Assembly: GCA_964588985.1 (NCBI GenBank) | Contig: CAZPQW010000010.1 | Coordinates: forward strand, 1 to 64,000 | Direction of reading: 5' to 3' | Origin: an uncultured Solirubrobacteraceae bacterium | GTDB lineage: Bacteria; Actinomycetota; Thermoleophilia; Solirubrobacterales; Solirubrobacteraceae | Length of the DNA stretch: 64,000 nucleotides | Part shown: one piece after another, positions 1 to 12,259 of the stretch | Layout of the letters: each line of letters opens with the position of its first letter | Position numbering within the stretch: position 1 is the stretch's first letter | Notes under the pieces: generated by a model | The model's database searches: none | Seen by the model: only the letters and a program-made list of their open reading frames with translations | What the model was told of the DNA's origin: nothing | Made by a program: the position numbers and the translations under genes

Positions 1-1731
1 CGCCCGGACACGCTGTTCGGGGCGACGTTCTTCGTGATGGCGCCGGAGCACCCCGACGTTGTGCGCCTCGTGCAGGGAACGCCAAACGAGCAGGCGGTGC
101 GCGACTACGTGAACCACGCGCTGACGGAGACGAACGAGGAGCGCGGCAACGCGGAGAAGCCGAAGACGGGCGTGGCGCTGGGACGGACGGTGACGAACCC
201 GGTGAACGGCGAGCAGATCCCGATGTACGTGGCGGACTACGTGCTGATGGAGTACGGCACGGGGGCGATCATGGCGGTGCCCGCCCACGACGAGCGCGAC
301 CACGCGTTCGCGAAGGCGTTCGACCTGCCGATCCGCCAGGTGATCGCGCCGAAGGACGGCGATGCCCAGCACGCTGACGGCGAGAGCCTGCCGTACACGG
401 GCGACGGCGTGCTCGTTGGCTCCGATCCGCAGTTCGATGGCATGGGCAACCGCGAGGCGCTCGGTGCGATCGTCGAGTGGCTCGATCGCGAGGGCAAGGG
501 GCACGCGTCGGTGAACTACCGCCTGCGCGACTGGCTGGTCTCCAGGCAGCGCTACTGGGGCTGCCCGATCCCGATCGTGTACTGCGAGAGCTGCGGGATG
601 GTGCCGGTCCCGGAGGACCAGCTGCCGGTTGAGCTCCCCGATGTCGAGGACTACAAGCCGAAGGGCCGCTCGCCGCTGGCGGCGGCGGAGGAGTGGGTGA
701 ACTCGAAGTGTCCGAACTGTGGCGGCGCGGCGCGCCGAGAGACGGACACGATGGACACGTTCGTGGACTCCTCGTGGTACTTCCTGCGCTACTGCGACGC
801 GGGCAACGACCGCGCGGCGTGGGACCCGGCTGCGCTGCGCGAGTGGATGCCGGTGGACCAGTACATCGGCGGGGTGGAGCACGCGATCCTGCACCTGATG
901 TACGCGCGCTTCTTCACCAAGGCGCTGGCGGACCTCGGCCACCTCGACTTCCAGGAGCCCTTCCAGGCGCTGTTCACGCAGGGGATGGTGACGAAGGACG
1001 GCGCGAAGATGAGCAAGTCGAAGGGCAACGTGGTTTCGCCCGCGTCGATCATCGAGCGCGTGGGCGCGGACACAGCGCGCTGCTACATCCTGTTCGTCGG
1101 CCCGCCCGATCAGGACGCGGACTGGTCAGACGACGGGGTGGAGGGTGTGCACCGCTTCCTGTCGCGGCTGTGGCGGATGGCGGCGGAGACGGCCGAGCGC
1201 CGCGACGGTCCCGCCGCCGGCCTGCCCTCGCCCGAGGGGACGGAGGGGGACGATCTGCTGCTGGTGCGCAAGGCGCACTGGGCGATTGACAAGGTGAGCG
1301 GCGATCTGCGGCGCTTCGCTTTCAACACGGCGATCGCGGCGGTGATGGAGCTGCTGAACGACTGCTCGCGGCTGCGCGACTCGGTGGACGACGAGACGAT
1401 GACCTTCGCGCTCGGCACGGCCGCTTCGTTGCTGTTCCCGTTCGCGCCGCACGTGTGCGCGGACGTGTACGACCTGCTGACGGGCGAGCGGGTGTGGGAG
1501 CAGTCGTGGCCGCAGGCCGAGGAGGCCTACCTGGAGAGCGACGTGTACGAGCTGGTGTGCCAGGTGAACGGCAAGCTCCGCGACCGCGTGCAGGTGAGCG
1601 CGGACGCGAGCCCGGAGACGCTGAAGGATCTCTGCCGCGCGGCCCCCAACGTGCGCGCGCACATCGACGGAAAAGAAGTCATCAAGGAGATCGTCGTGCC
1701 GGGCAAGTTGGTCAACATCGTGGTTCGGTAG
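1..1731 (+). CDS. leuS: Leucine--tRNA ligase (5' part outside window)
   Basis: Open frame from base 1 (RPDT...); [29 protein letters not shown] motifs. Confidence 0.97.
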   Translation, partial: RPDTLFGATFFVMAPEHPDVVRLVQGTPNEQAVRDYVNHALTETNEERGNAEKPKTGVALGRTVTNPVNGEQIPMYVADYVLMEYGTGAIMAVPAHDERDHAFAKAFDLPIRQVIAPKDGDAQHADGESLPYTGDGVLVGSDPQFDGMGNREALGAIVEWLDREGKGHASVNYRLRDWLVSRQRYWGCPIPIVYCESCGMVPVPEDQLPVELPDVEDYKPKGRSPLAAAEEWVNSKCPNCGGAARRETDTMDTFVDSSWYFLRYCDAGNDRAAWDPAALREWMPVDQYIGGVEHAILHLMYARFFTKALADLGHLDFQEPFQALFTQGMVTKDGAKMSKSKGNVVSPASIIERVGADTARCYILFVGPPDQDADWSDDGVEGVHRFLSRLWRMAAETAERRDGPAAGLPSPEGTEGDDLLLVRKAHWAIDKVSGDLRRFAFNTAIAAVMELLNDCSRLRDSVDDETMTFALGTAASLLFPFAPHVCADVYDLLTGERVWEQSWPQAEEAYLESDVYELVCQVNGKLRDRVQVSADASPETLKDLCRAAPNVRAHIDGKEVIKEIVVPGKLVNIVVR

Positions 1732-1733
1732 CT

Positions 1734-2738
1734 ATGGCGGACCTGAAGCCCGCGTATCTGATCCACGGCGACGACCACGGCGCGGTGGCGGAGCGGCGGG
1801 CGGGGCTGCGGGCGCTGGCGGAAGGGCTCGACGGGGGCGGCAACTCGAGCGTGGAGCTACTGGAGGGTGACGCGGCGACGCCCGCTGGGGTGGCGGACGC
1901 GCTGGCGGCGATGACGCTGGCGATCGGTCGGCGGGTGATCATCGTGGAAGGCGTCGAGCGCTGGCGCCAGGCGGACGTGGAGAAGCACCTCACGTCGGCG
2001 TTCGCGCAGATGCCCCCCGAGACGACGGTGGCGCTGTTCGCGCGCGAGGAGGCCCGCGCGAAGGCGCCGGCGGCGATCCACGACGCGATCAAACGCGCGA
2101 AGGGGCAGGTGGTGGCGCAGATGACGGTGAAGCCGTGGGAGCTTGCGAAGTGGGCGCGCGAGCAGGCTGCCCGCATGGGTCTCGAACTGGACATGGCCGC
2201 GGCGAAGGCGCTGGTGGCCCAGGTGGGCGAGCGCCAGCAGCGGCTGCTGCGCGAGCTGGAGAAGCTGGCGCTGGAAGGCGACCCGCGGCAGGTCTCGGCG
2301 CAGGACATCGAAGCCCGCACGGCGCACTCGGCGGAGTGGCGCGCGTACGGCCTGGCGGACGCCCTCGTGGGGGCGGACGGGCGTGAGGCGACGCTCTCCT
2401 ACCTGCGCCTGCGCGAGCAGGGCGAGCGCCTGTCGGGGCTGATCTACCTGATGGCCCAGCGCCTGCGCGACGCGCTGGCGATCTCGCTGCGCCTGCAGGA
2501 CGGCGACTCCGTGGCGGAGGTAAAGCGCACCCTGCGGATGCCCGCGCGCGCGGCCGAGCGGTTCGTCGCGGACGTGGCGCGCACCGACCCCGAGAAGCTG
2601 CGCGCGGCCCTGGCGACGATGGCGGACCTGGAACTGGACTCGCGCGGGGGTGCGCCGCTGCTGGCGAGTCGCACTGCCTTCGGCGGACTCAGCGAAGACA
2701 CGCTCGCGCAACGCGCGATAGAGAAGATCGCCGGCTGA
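1734..2738 (+). CDS. holA: DNA polymerase III delta subunit
   Basis: MADLKPAYLIHGDD start, ELEKL motif, synteny leuS-holA-rpsT. Confidence 0.88.
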   Translation: MADLKPAYLIHGDDHGAVAERRAGLRALAEGLDGGGNSSVELLEGDAATPAGVADALAAMTLAIGRRVIIVEGVERWRQADVEKHLTSAFAQMPPETTVALFAREEARAKAPAAIHDAIKRAKGQVVAQMTVKPWELAKWAREQAARMGLELDMAAAKALVAQVGERQQRLLRELEKLALEGDPRQVSAQDIEARTAHSAEWRAYGLADALVGADGREATLSYLRLREQGERLSGLIYLMAQRLRDALAISLRLQDGDSVAEVKRTLRMPARAAERFVADVARTDPEKLRAALATMADLELDSRGGAPLLASRTAFGGLSEDTLAQRAIEKIAG

Positions 2739-2746
2739 GCGGTGAG

Positions 2747-3016
2747 CTAGCTGGAGGAGGAGCCGGCGAGAGTCCTCGCCGCTCGGGACTTCTTGCGCGC
2801 ACCGGTGTTCTTGTGCAGCGCGCCGCGCTTGACGGCCTTGTCGATCGTGCTCACGAGCTCGCGGTGCGTGGACGCTGCCGCGTCGGTGTCGCCGCCCTCG
2901 ACGAGCGACTCGAGACGACGGAAGTACGTCTTGATGGTGGAGGTGTAGAGGCGGTTCTCCAGACGCTCGCGCTCGGAGCGCAGGATCCGCTTCTTCTGTG
3001 AGTGGATGTTGGCCAT
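2747..3016 (-). CDS. rpsT: 30S ribosomal protein S20
   Basis: MANIHSQKKR...IDKAVKRGALHKNTGARKKSR. Confidence 0.97.
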   Translation of the reverse strand: MANIHSQKKRILRSERERLENRLYTSTIKTYFRRLESLVEGGDTDAAASTHRELVSTIDKAVKRGALHKNTGARKKSRAARTLAGSSSS

Positions 3017-3077
3017 GATTCGAGAGCCGACGGGCATGCAGGAGATGCCCTGTGCGGCGCGCCGTACTATAGCGGCC

Positions 3078-4712
3078 TTGACCGCCACTGCAGAAGCCCC
3101 CGGCGAGGAGCCGCCCGGCCCACCCCCGCCGACAGGCGGTCGAGTGGCGCGCAACACGGCGATCTTCTCGATCGCGACGGGGTTCTCGCGGATCGCCGGG
3201 CTGCTGCGCGAAATCGTCGCGGCGAACTTCTTCGGCACGCGCGGGCCGGCGTCGGCGTACACGCTCGCCTCCCAGGTTCCGAACCTCGTGGCGGCGCTGT
3301 TCGCCAACGCGGCGCTGTCCGCGGCGTTCGTGCCGGTGTTTACCGAGCTGCTGCAGCAGCGGCGGCGCAGGGAGGCGTTCCGGCTCGCCTCGACGATGTT
3401 CTGGATCATGTTGATCGCGCTCGGCGCGATCACGGCGTTCTTCATCCTCGCGGCGGGGGTGATCATGCCGCTGTTCACGGGCGCGACCCTGAAGTCGGAG
3501 AACGTGGCGCTGACGGTGGGTCTCTCGCGGATCATGTTCCCGGTCGTCTTGATCCTGGGGCTGAACGGCCTGCTCGTTGGGGTGCTGCAGTCCTACGACC
3601 ACTTCACGATCCCGGCGATATCGCCGGCGGTGTGGAACATCGTGATCCTGGTGCTGCTCGTGGTGTTGCGCCCGCACTTCCCGGGCGGCTATGAAAACGG
3701 CAACCAGCTCCACGCCTATGCGATAGCGGTCCTGGCCGCGACGTTCGTGCAGATGCTGATGGCCTTGGCGGCGCTTCGCAGGATCGACTTTCGCCTGGAT
3801 TTCTCGATCGACTGGCACGACCCGCGCGTGAAGCAGGTCTTCACGCTGATGCTGCCCGTGACGATCGGGCTGGGGATCGTGAACCTCGACCAGCTGATCA
3901 ACTCGGTGTTCGGCACGCTGGTGAGCAAGGAAGCGCCGCGCGCGATCGACAACGCGTTCCGCGTGTACATGCTGCCGCAGGGCATGTTCAGCGTGGCGGT
4001 GGCGACCGTGCTGTTCCCCACGCTCAGCCGTCTGGCGGCGAATCGCGACACGGCTTCGATGCGCCAGGCGGTGGGCACGGGCATGCGCCAGATCAACCTG
4101 CTGCTGATCCCTGCGGCGGCGTTCATGATCGCGTTGCCGACCCCGATCGTCCGCCTGCTGTTCCAGCGAGGCGAGTTCAACGGCAAATCGACCGACCTGG
4201 TGTCGCTGGCGCTGTTCTGGTTTGCGTTCAGTCTGCCGTTCGGCGGGTTGAACCTGCTCCTGACGAGGACGTTCTTCGCGGTTCAGCGACCGTGGATCCC
4301 GACACGTCTGGCGGCGATGAACATCGTGGTGGACATCGTGCTGAGTGTCGGCCTGTACAAGCCCCTGGGTGTGGCGGGGCTGATCATCGGCACGGTGGTG
4401 GCCAACGCGGTGATGACGGCGCTTCAGTTCAAACGCCTCAAAGCGGGCTTCGACGGCTACCTGGAGGGCGCGCAGACGACGATGATCACCGCGCGCGTGC
4501 TGGTCGCGTCGGCGCTTCTGGGCGTCGTCTCGTGGGCGGTGTGGTTCGCGATCGACCGCCTGCTGGGTCGGTCTCTGCCGGCGGAGATCGTGTCGGTTGG
4601 CGCGGCGGCGGCCGCGGGTCTGGTCGTGTACGTCCGCGCGGTGCTGATCATGCGCGTGCCCGAGGCGCACGAAGTCAGCGGCCTGATCCGCGCTCGCCTG
4701 GGCCGCCCGTAG
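3078..4712 (+). CDS. murJ: Lipid II flippase MurJ/MviN
   Basis: [11 protein letters not shown]...[16 protein letters not shown] motifs; many TM segments; TTG start chosen 7 nt after TACTAT (start uncertain). Confidence 0.93.
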   Translation: MTATAEAPGEEPPGPPPPTGGRVARNTAIFSIATGFSRIAGLLREIVAANFFGTRGPASAYTLASQVPNLVAALFANAALSAAFVPVFTELLQQRRRREAFRLASTMFWIMLIALGAITAFFILAAGVIMPLFTGATLKSENVALTVGLSRIMFPVVLILGLNGLLVGVLQSYDHFTIPAISPAVWNIVILVLLVVLRPHFPGGYENGNQLHAYAIAVLAATFVQMLMALAALRRIDFRLDFSIDWHDPRVKQVFTLMLPVTIGLGIVNLDQLINSVFGTLVSKEAPRAIDNAFRVYMLPQGMFSVAVATVLFPTLSRLAANRDTASMRQAVGTGMRQINLLLIPAAAFMIALPTPIVRLLFQRGEFNGKSTDLVSLALFWFAFSLPFGGLNLLLTRTFFAVQRPWIPTRLAAMNIVVDIVLSVGLYKPLGVAGLIIGTVVANAVMTALQFKRLKAGFDGYLEGAQTTMITARVLVASALLGVVSWAVWFAIDRLLGRSLPAEIVSVGAAAAAGLVVYVRAVLIMRVPEAHEVSGLIRARLGRP

Positions 4713-4732
4713 GCCCGCAAGGTCGAGCAGAG

Positions 4733-4927
4733 GCCGGGTGAGCCGAAGCCCACCCGGCATGCGCCCAACTAGATCGCCGCTTACTACTTACGTCCCAGGA
4801 CTATGTGTTTCGCCTGGGCGGCTTAACACTCTCGACCACCTGGACAGGCCACCACGCTTGCGCGTGGTGCGTAGCCGCGGCTGGACCCCGAAGAGTCCGC
4901 GGTCGAGTTGGCGATCCGCCGGAGCAT
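4733..4927 (-). ncRNA. Candidate structured ncRNA of unknown family
   Basis: Nested stems 4772-78/4910-16, 4831-37/4901-07, 4794-99/4813-18, 4850-57/4862-69; minus-strand cUUCGg (x2) and GCAA tetraloops; TAGCCT -10-like box at 4931-36. Confidence 0.6.
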
Positions 4928-4983
4928 CAAAGGCTAGCGCGTCCCGCGGGCTGCGCGTGGTGGGGCTCTACTCTGTGGAGCGC

Positions 4984-6819
<1,836 letters not shown>

Positions 6820-6849
6820 ATGGTCGAGTAGAGGGCTAGCATCCGAGAT

Positions 6850-7341
6850 ATGCGGCTGCTGTTCGTGTGCCTGGGAAACATCTGCCGCTCTCCGACGGCG
6901 GAGGGCGTGATGCGCTCGCTGGTGGAGCAGGCCGGCTTAGAGGAGAGCGTGGAGCTCGACTCGGCGGGCACGGGCGCGTGGCACGTGGGCAGCCCGCCGG
7001 ACGCGCGCGCGAGCGCGGCGGCGGAGACCCGCGGGGTGCGCCTGGAGGGGCGCGCGCGCCAGGTGAGGCGTACGGATTTTGATGATTTTGATCTTCTGCT
7101 CGCGATGGACACCTCCAACATGCGCGAGCTGCGGCAACTGGCGCCCGGCAGCCCGGAGCGCGAAAAGGTGAAGCTGCTGCGCGAGTTCGACCCGCAGAGC
7201 GCGGGCGTGGAGAACCTCGACGTGCCGGATCCCTACTACGGCGGCGAGGACGGGTTCGAGAAGGTGTTCGAGCTGGTGCACGCGGCGTGCGCGGGCCTGC
7301 TGGCGAAGATCGAGACAGAGATCGCGACAGACGCGGCGTGA
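6850..7341 (+). CDS. Low molecular weight protein-tyrosine phosphatase
   Basis: CLGNICRS active site, DPYYG. Confidence 0.95.
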   Translation: MRLLFVCLGNICRSPTAEGVMRSLVEQAGLEESVELDSAGTGAWHVGSPPDARASAAAETRGVRLEGRARQVRRTDFDDFDLLLAMDTSNMRELRQLAPGSPEREKVKLLREFDPQSAGVENLDVPDPYYGGEDGFEKVFELVHAACAGLLAKIETEIATDAA

Positions 7342-8174
7342 CGAAGCTGCCGTCGGGGGCGAGCGTGGTGGCGCGCGTGGGCGGCGGGGACATCAACGAG
7401 GCGTTCCGCGTGACGCTCGTGGACGGCGCGGACGCGTTCGTGAAGACCCGCGCGGACGCGGCGGAGGGGGAGTACGCGGCGGAGGCGGCGGCCCTTGAGT
7501 GGCTGGCAGAGCCCGGTGCGCTGAGCACGCCGCGCGTGCTCGAGGTCGACCGCGGCTACCTGGCGCTTGAGTGGATCGACGCGGGCCGCCTCGATGCGGC
7601 GGGCGCGGAGGAGCTGGGGAGGGGTCTCGCGCTGACGCACGCGGCGGGCGCGCCGGGCTTCGGTGGGCTCGACGCGGACGAGCCGTCGGGCTTCGGCTCG
7701 CTGAGATTGCCAAATGAGCGGACGGAGGACTGGCCGACGTTCTACGCGCAGCGCAGGCTGGCGCCGCTGGCGCGGATCGCGGGCGAGCGTGGCGCGCTGT
7801 CGCGTCCGGGCGTGGAGGCGGTGGAGCGCGTGTGCGAGCGGATCGGCGATCTGACCGGCCCGCCGGAGCCGCCCGCGCGGCTGCACGGCGACCTGTGGTC
7901 GGGGAATGTGATGGCCGACGCGGACGGGCGACCGTGGCTGATCGACCCGTCCTCCTACGGCGGCCACCGCGAGGTGGACCTGGCGATGCTGAGGCTGTTC
8001 GGCGCGCCGTCGGAGCGCGTGTTCGACGCTTACGAGGAGCAGGCGCCGCTGGCGGAGGGGTGGCGCGAGCGGGTGGACCTCTACCAGCTGCTGCCGCTGC
8101 TGGTGCACGCGCTGCTGTTCGGCGGCTCCTACCGCGCGGCGGCCGAACGCACCGCGATGCGCTACGCGGGCTGA
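7338..8174 (+). CDS. Fructosamine kinase family protein
   Basis: GGGDIN, LHGDLWSGN, IDP..YGGHREVDLAM; GTGA overlap with upstream gene. Confidence 0.92.
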   Translation: MTKLPSGASVVARVGGGDINEAFRVTLVDGADAFVKTRADAAEGEYAAEAAALEWLAEPGALSTPRVLEVDRGYLALEWIDAGRLDAAGAEELGRGLALTHAAGAPGFGGLDADEPSGFGSLRLPNERTEDWPTFYAQRRLAPLARIAGERGALSRPGVEAVERVCERIGDLTGPPEPPARLHGDLWSGNVMADADGRPWLIDPSSYGGHREVDLAMLRLFGAPSERVFDAYEEQAPLAEGWRERVDLYQLLPLLVHALLFGGSYRAAAERTAMRYAG

Positions 8175-8224
8175 GGCGCGTCTGGCGCCCGTCCCGTTCG
8201 AGCACGCGGGTCGGAGGAGAGGGT

Positions 8225-8608
8225 GTGCAACCCGCCACGCTCGCCGCGCGCCACCGGCTGTACCTGCTCGCTCGGGTGGTGGTCGCGCGCCACTACCGCC
8301 GCGAGCTGACGCTCGAGCTGGTGGCGGGCGCGGTGTCGAGCTCGCCGCGGCAGATCCAGCGCGCCTACAGGCAGTTCGGTGGCACGACCTTCCAGGAGGA
8401 CCTGTTCGCGCGACGGATGGCCGCGGCGGCGGAGCTGCTGCTTGAGCAGCGCTCGATCCCGGTGGCGTCGGTGGCGCGGCTGGTGGGCTACCGCCAGTCC
8501 TCGCACTTCGCGCGGGCGTTCAGGCGTCGCTACGGCTGCTCGCCAGCGCGCTTTCGAGCGGCTCCGCGTGCGGGAGAGGCTCCGCGTGAGGAAACGAGAG
8601 CCGCATGA
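8225..8608 (+). CDS. Stand-alone AraC-family HTH protein
   Basis: [25 protein letters not shown]. Confidence 0.85.
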   Translation: MQPATLAARHRLYLLARVVVARHYRRELTLELVAGAVSSSPRQIQRAYRQFGGTTFQEDLFARRMAAAAELLLEQRSIPVASVARLVGYRQSSHFARAFRRRYGCSPARFRAAPRAGEAPREETRAA

Positions 8609-9965
8609 GCGTGCCGCCGCCCGGAGCTGACTCCGCGGTGACGCCGCCGCCGAGCTGGAGGGCGACCTGCTGCACGATCGCGAGACCCAGCCCGGAGCCG
8701 GGTCGCCCGCGCGCCTCCGCGCCGCGGTAGAAGCGGTCGAAGATGTGGGGGAGGTCCTCCGCGGAGATCCCCGGGCCGTGGTCGCGCACGGTCAGCTGGC
8801 CGGCGTGGAGGTGCACCTCGACGGGCTCGCCCGCGGGGCTGTACTTGACGGCGTTGTCGAGGAGGTTGCCGACGGCGCGCTCCAGGCGCGAGGGCACGGC
8901 GGTGACGATCGACGGCTCCAGGTCGGCGTGCAGAGGAGTGGCGGGCGCGCGCCTGCGGGCGCGGTCGAGGACCTCGTGGACGAGCGCGTCGAGGCGCACC
9001 TCCTCGGCGTCGGCGCGCGGCTCCTCGCCGCGGGCGAGGTCGATGAGGTCGTTGATCAGCAGCGTGAGCTCCTCGGTCTGCTCGACCACGTCGGCGAGCA
9101 GACGCTCGTGGTCCTCGGGGTCGATGTCGCGCCCCTGCTGCTGGAGGATCTCGATGTTGGTGCGCAGACTGGTGACGGGCGTGCGCAGCTCGTGCGAGGC
9201 GTCGGCGACGAGGTGGCGCTGCGCGTGGACGGACGCGTCGAGCGCGCTGACGGAGCGCTCGAGCGCGTCGAGCATCGCGTTGAAGCTGCTCGCGAGCCGC
9301 CCGACCTCGTCGTCCCCGGAGGGCTCGATGCGCCCGCTGAGGTCCTGGGTGAGGGCGACGTGCTCGGTGGCCTGGTTGAGGCGCCTGAGCGGCTGCACGG
9401 CGGCGCCGGAGACGAGCCGCCCGAGCAGCGCGGCGAGCGCGACGCCGCCGACGTCGAGCAGCACGAGGATCAGGCGCAGGCGCGCGAGCAGGCTGTCGGT
9501 TTCGGTGAGCGGCTGGGCGAACTGAACCGCGCGTCCGCCGCCGAGCGCGACGGCGAGCATGCGCACGTGTACGCCCTTGACGGTGGCGCTGCGAAGGATC
9601 GGCGTGCCGCCTTGCGCGGCGAGCGCGCGCGTGGCGGCGTCGACGGGCAGCGTGAAGCCGTTCGCGGAGCGTGCGACGATCGTGCCGCCGCTTGAGACGA
9701 TCTGCTGGTAGCCGCGCACCTGGTTCGGCCCTGGCGGCAGTTTGCCGAACAGGCGGTCACGGGTGTCGAACGGGTTCGCCTGCGTGCCGCCGCGCGCGAG
9801 GAAGCGCTGCAGCGCGGCGGCCTCGCGGCCGCGGTTGCGAAGCTGCGAGTCGACCTGGCTGTGCAGCTGGTGGGAGGTGAGCACGTATGTGAGCAGCGAC
9901 GCGAGCACGACGGCGACCGCGACGGCGGCGGCGGAGACGAGCGTGATGCGCCGGCGGAAGGTCAT
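8520..9965 (-). CDS. HAMP sensor histidine kinase (MprB-like)
   Basis: [30 protein letters not shown]; two TM segments. Confidence 0.93.
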   Translation of the reverse strand: MTFRRRITLVSAAAVAVAVVLASLLTYVLTSHQLHSQVDSQLRNRGREAAALQRFLARGGTQANPFDTRDRLFGKLPPGPNQVRGYQQIVSSGGTIVARSANGFTLPVDAATRALAAQGGTPILRSATVKGVHVRMLAVALGGGRAVQFAQPLTETDSLLARLRLILVLLDVGGVALAALLGRLVSGAAVQPLRRLNQATEHVALTQDLSGRIEPSGDDEVGRLASSFNAMLDALERSVSALDASVHAQRHLVADASHELRTPVTSLRTNIEILQQQGRDIDPEDHERLLADVVEQTEELTLLINDLIDLARGEEPRADAEEVRLDALVHEVLDRARRRAPATPLHADLEPSIVTAVPSRLERAVGNLLDNAVKYSPAGEPVEVHLHAGQLTVRDHGPGISAEDLPHIFDRFYRGAEARGRPGSGLGLAIVQQVALQLGGGVTAESAPGGGTLMRLSFPHAEPLPHAEPLESALASSRSDA

Positions 9966-10657
9966 GGTCGTGTGCGCAGCACGTAGCCGACGCCGCGCAC
10001 GGTGTGCAGCAGGCGCGTCTCCTCGCCGACCTCGGTCTTGCGCCGCAGGTAGCCCATGTAGACGCCGAGCGAGTTGGAGCTGGATCCGAAGTCATAGCCC
10101 CACACGTGCTCGAAGATCGCCGAGCGGGTGAGCACCTGGCGCGGGTGGCGCATGAACATCTCCAGCAGCAGGAACTCGGTGCGCGTGAGTTCGAGCATGC
10201 GCTCGCCGCGCCACGCCTCGTGCGCGCGCAGGTCGAGGCGCAGGTCCTCGAACGTGAGGGTCTCCTGTGGCGCGTCGTCCTCCTCGCTCGTGCGCCGCAA
10301 GAGCGCTCGCACCCGCGCGAGCAGCTCGCGCAGCGCGAACGGCTTGACGAGGTAGTCGTCGGCGCCGGCGTCGAGGCCCGCGACGCGGTCGTCGACCTCG
10401 CCGCGCGCGGTGAGCATCAGCACGGGCGTGTTGTCGCCGCCTTCGCGCAGGCGCCGGCACACCTGCAGGCCGTCCACGTGCGGCATCGCGATGTCGAGGA
10501 TCACGACGTCATAGGGCGAGGAGCCGAGCCGTTCGAGCGCCTCGCGCCCGTCGATCGCCTGGGCGACGTCGTAGTGCTCGAGCGCGAGCGCACGCGAGAG
10601 CGCGCTCTGCACGGCGGGCTCGTCGTCTACAACCAGTATGTGCGCTTGCTCGGCCAC
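9962..10657 (-). CDS. OmpR-family response regulator (MprA-like)
   Basis: [30 protein letters not shown]. Confidence 0.94.
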   Translation of the reverse strand: MAEQAHILVVDDEPAVQSALSRALALEHYDVAQAIDGREALERLGSSPYDVVILDIAMPHVDGLQVCRRLREGGDNTPVLMLTARGEVDDRVAGLDAGADDYLVKPFALRELLARVRALLRRTSEEDDAPQETLTFEDLRLDLRAHEAWRGERMLELTRTEFLLLEMFMRHPRQVLTRSAIFEHVWGYDFGSSSNSLGVYMGYLRRKTEVGEETRLLHTVRGVGYVLRTRP

Positions 10658-10674
10658 CTGCTTGTGAGGCTAGC

Positions 10675-11769
10675 GTGACGGGTAACGCGGATACGGGCAT
10701 AAGGAACAGTGAAGAGGATGCTAAGAACGAGGCGGGCGCGATGATCGAACAGCAGACCCTGTCCGCGGACAGCACGAACGATTTCGCGGCGCAGTCGCGC
10801 ACGCTGCGCAACAGCCTGATCAGCCTGGCGGTGTTCTTCGGACTGGTGATCGCGCTGCTGTTCGGTGTCCCCGGCCTGCGCGAAGCGGGCGACCGGATCT
10901 CCGACGCGAACCCCGCGTGGATCGTCGCGGGGGTCGTGCTCGAGCTGCTCTCGTGCGTGGGCTACGTGGTGCTGTTCGGGCTGGTGTTCAACAAGCTCGG
11001 GCGAAGCCTCACCTCGCGGCTGTCGCTGGCGGAGCTCGCGGTCAACTCGGCGGTGTCGGTGAGCGGCATCGCGGGCATCGCGCTCGGCGCGTGGGTGCTG
11101 CGCAGCAAAGGCTTCTCGGTGGAGCGGATCGCAAAGCGCTCGGTGCTGATCTTCGTGCTCACGAGCGCGGTGAACGTCGGCGCGGTGGTGCTCATCGGCG
11201 TGCCGATGTGGCTCGGGCTGCTGCCCGGATCGCGCGATGAGCTGCTGACGCTCGTTCCCGCGGTGATCGCGCTCGCCGCGATCCTCGGCACGCTCGCGCT
11301 CGCCAAGTGGGCGCAAGGCGCGGCGGAGTCCCACTCGCGTCTGCGCGGCGGTCGCACCGAGGTGGCGCTGACGGCGATCAGCGGCGGCGTGCATGACGCG
11401 CTCGCGCTGATCGGCGAGCGCGACTGGCGGCTGCTGGGCTCGGTGGCGTACTGGCTGTTCGACAACCTCGTGCTGTACGCGGCGCTCGCCGCGTTCGGCC
11501 ACGCCCCGTCGATCTGGGTGGTCGCGATGGCCTACCTGGTGGGGATGCTCGCCAACTCGGTTCCCGTGCCGGGCGGTTTCCTCGCGGTGGAAGGCGGCCT
11601 CGTGGGGATGCTCGTGCTGTTCGGCGCGCACCCCGGCTCGGTGGTGATCGCCGCGGTGGTGGTCTACCGTGCGTTCTCGCTGTGGATCCCCGCGGTGATC
11701 GGCTCGCTCGCGTTCCTCAGCCTGCGCCGAGAGATCGGCAAGCCGGTCGCGCCAGCGGTGTCTGGCTAG
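10675..11769 (+). CDS. Lysylphosphatidylglycerol synthase TM-domain (YbhN-like) protein
   Basis: Multiple TMs, PGG...VEG and VVYR..SLWIP motifs. Confidence 0.8.
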   Translation: MTGNADTGIRNSEEDAKNEAGAMIEQQTLSADSTNDFAAQSRTLRNSLISLAVFFGLVIALLFGVPGLREAGDRISDANPAWIVAGVVLELLSCVGYVVLFGLVFNKLGRSLTSRLSLAELAVNSAVSVSGIAGIALGAWVLRSKGFSVERIAKRSVLIFVLTSAVNVGAVVLIGVPMWLGLLPGSRDELLTLVPAVIALAAILGTLALAKWAQGAAESHSRLRGGRTEVALTAISGGVHDALALIGERDWRLLGSVAYWLFDNLVLYAALAAFGHAPSIWVVAMAYLVGMLANSVPVPGGFLAVEGGLVGMLVLFGAHPGSVVIAAVVVYRAFSLWIPAVIGSLAFLSLRREIGKPVAPAVSG

Positions 11770-12176
11770 GCGCCTGCGCGCGTCACCTCCTGCACCAGCC
11801 ATCCGTTCCCGTCGGGGTCCTCGAAGCTGAAGAACGAGTTGTGGTCGCGGCGGTCCGGATCCGGTCCGGGCTGCTGCCCGCGCGCGCCGAAGTGGAACAG
11901 CTCGCTCACCTCTACACCCCGCCCCTGCAGCTCGCTTCGCGCCGCGTCGATGTCGGTGACGATGAGGTGAAGCCCGAGCACGCTGCCCGCGCGGGCGGGC
12001 TGCTTCATCACCGCGATCGCGCACGCCGACCCCGGCGGGACGAGTTGCACGACGCGGAAGTCCTCGCCGGCGCTGTGGTCGACGTGCAGGCCGAAGCCGA
12101 CCTGGTCCATGTAGAAGGTCTTCGCCCGGTCCACCTCGGCGACCGGTACGACGATCAGTTCGAGCTTCCAGTCCAT
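11766..12176 (-). CDS. VOC/glyoxalase family protein
   Basis: VPVAEVDRAKTFY, FEDPDGNGWLVQE. Confidence 0.92.
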   Translation of the reverse strand: MDWKLELIVVPVAEVDRAKTFYMDQVGFGLHVDHSAGEDFRVVQLVPPGSACAIAVMKQPARAGSVLGLHLIVTDIDAARSELQGRGVEVSELFHFGARGQQPGPDPDRRDHNSFFSFEDPDGNGWLVQEVTRAGA

Positions 12177-12259
12177 CCGTTGCCTCCCATCGGTGTTGTT
12201 GTGAGGGTAGGACCGCTCAGGGGCGTGGAACTAATCGATGCGAGCTCGCGACCTTCGGG

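Noticed and set aside
1857-4760. 967-aa minus-strand ORF and similar long antisense ORFs (e.g. 49908-52178, 51926-53887)
   Set aside because: Arg/Ala-rich shadow frames of real genes, expected at high GC.
4820-4840. TAACACT resembling the twister ribozyme cleavage strand
   Set aside because: The remaining twister core and pseudoknot partners are missing; tetraloops favour the opposite strand.
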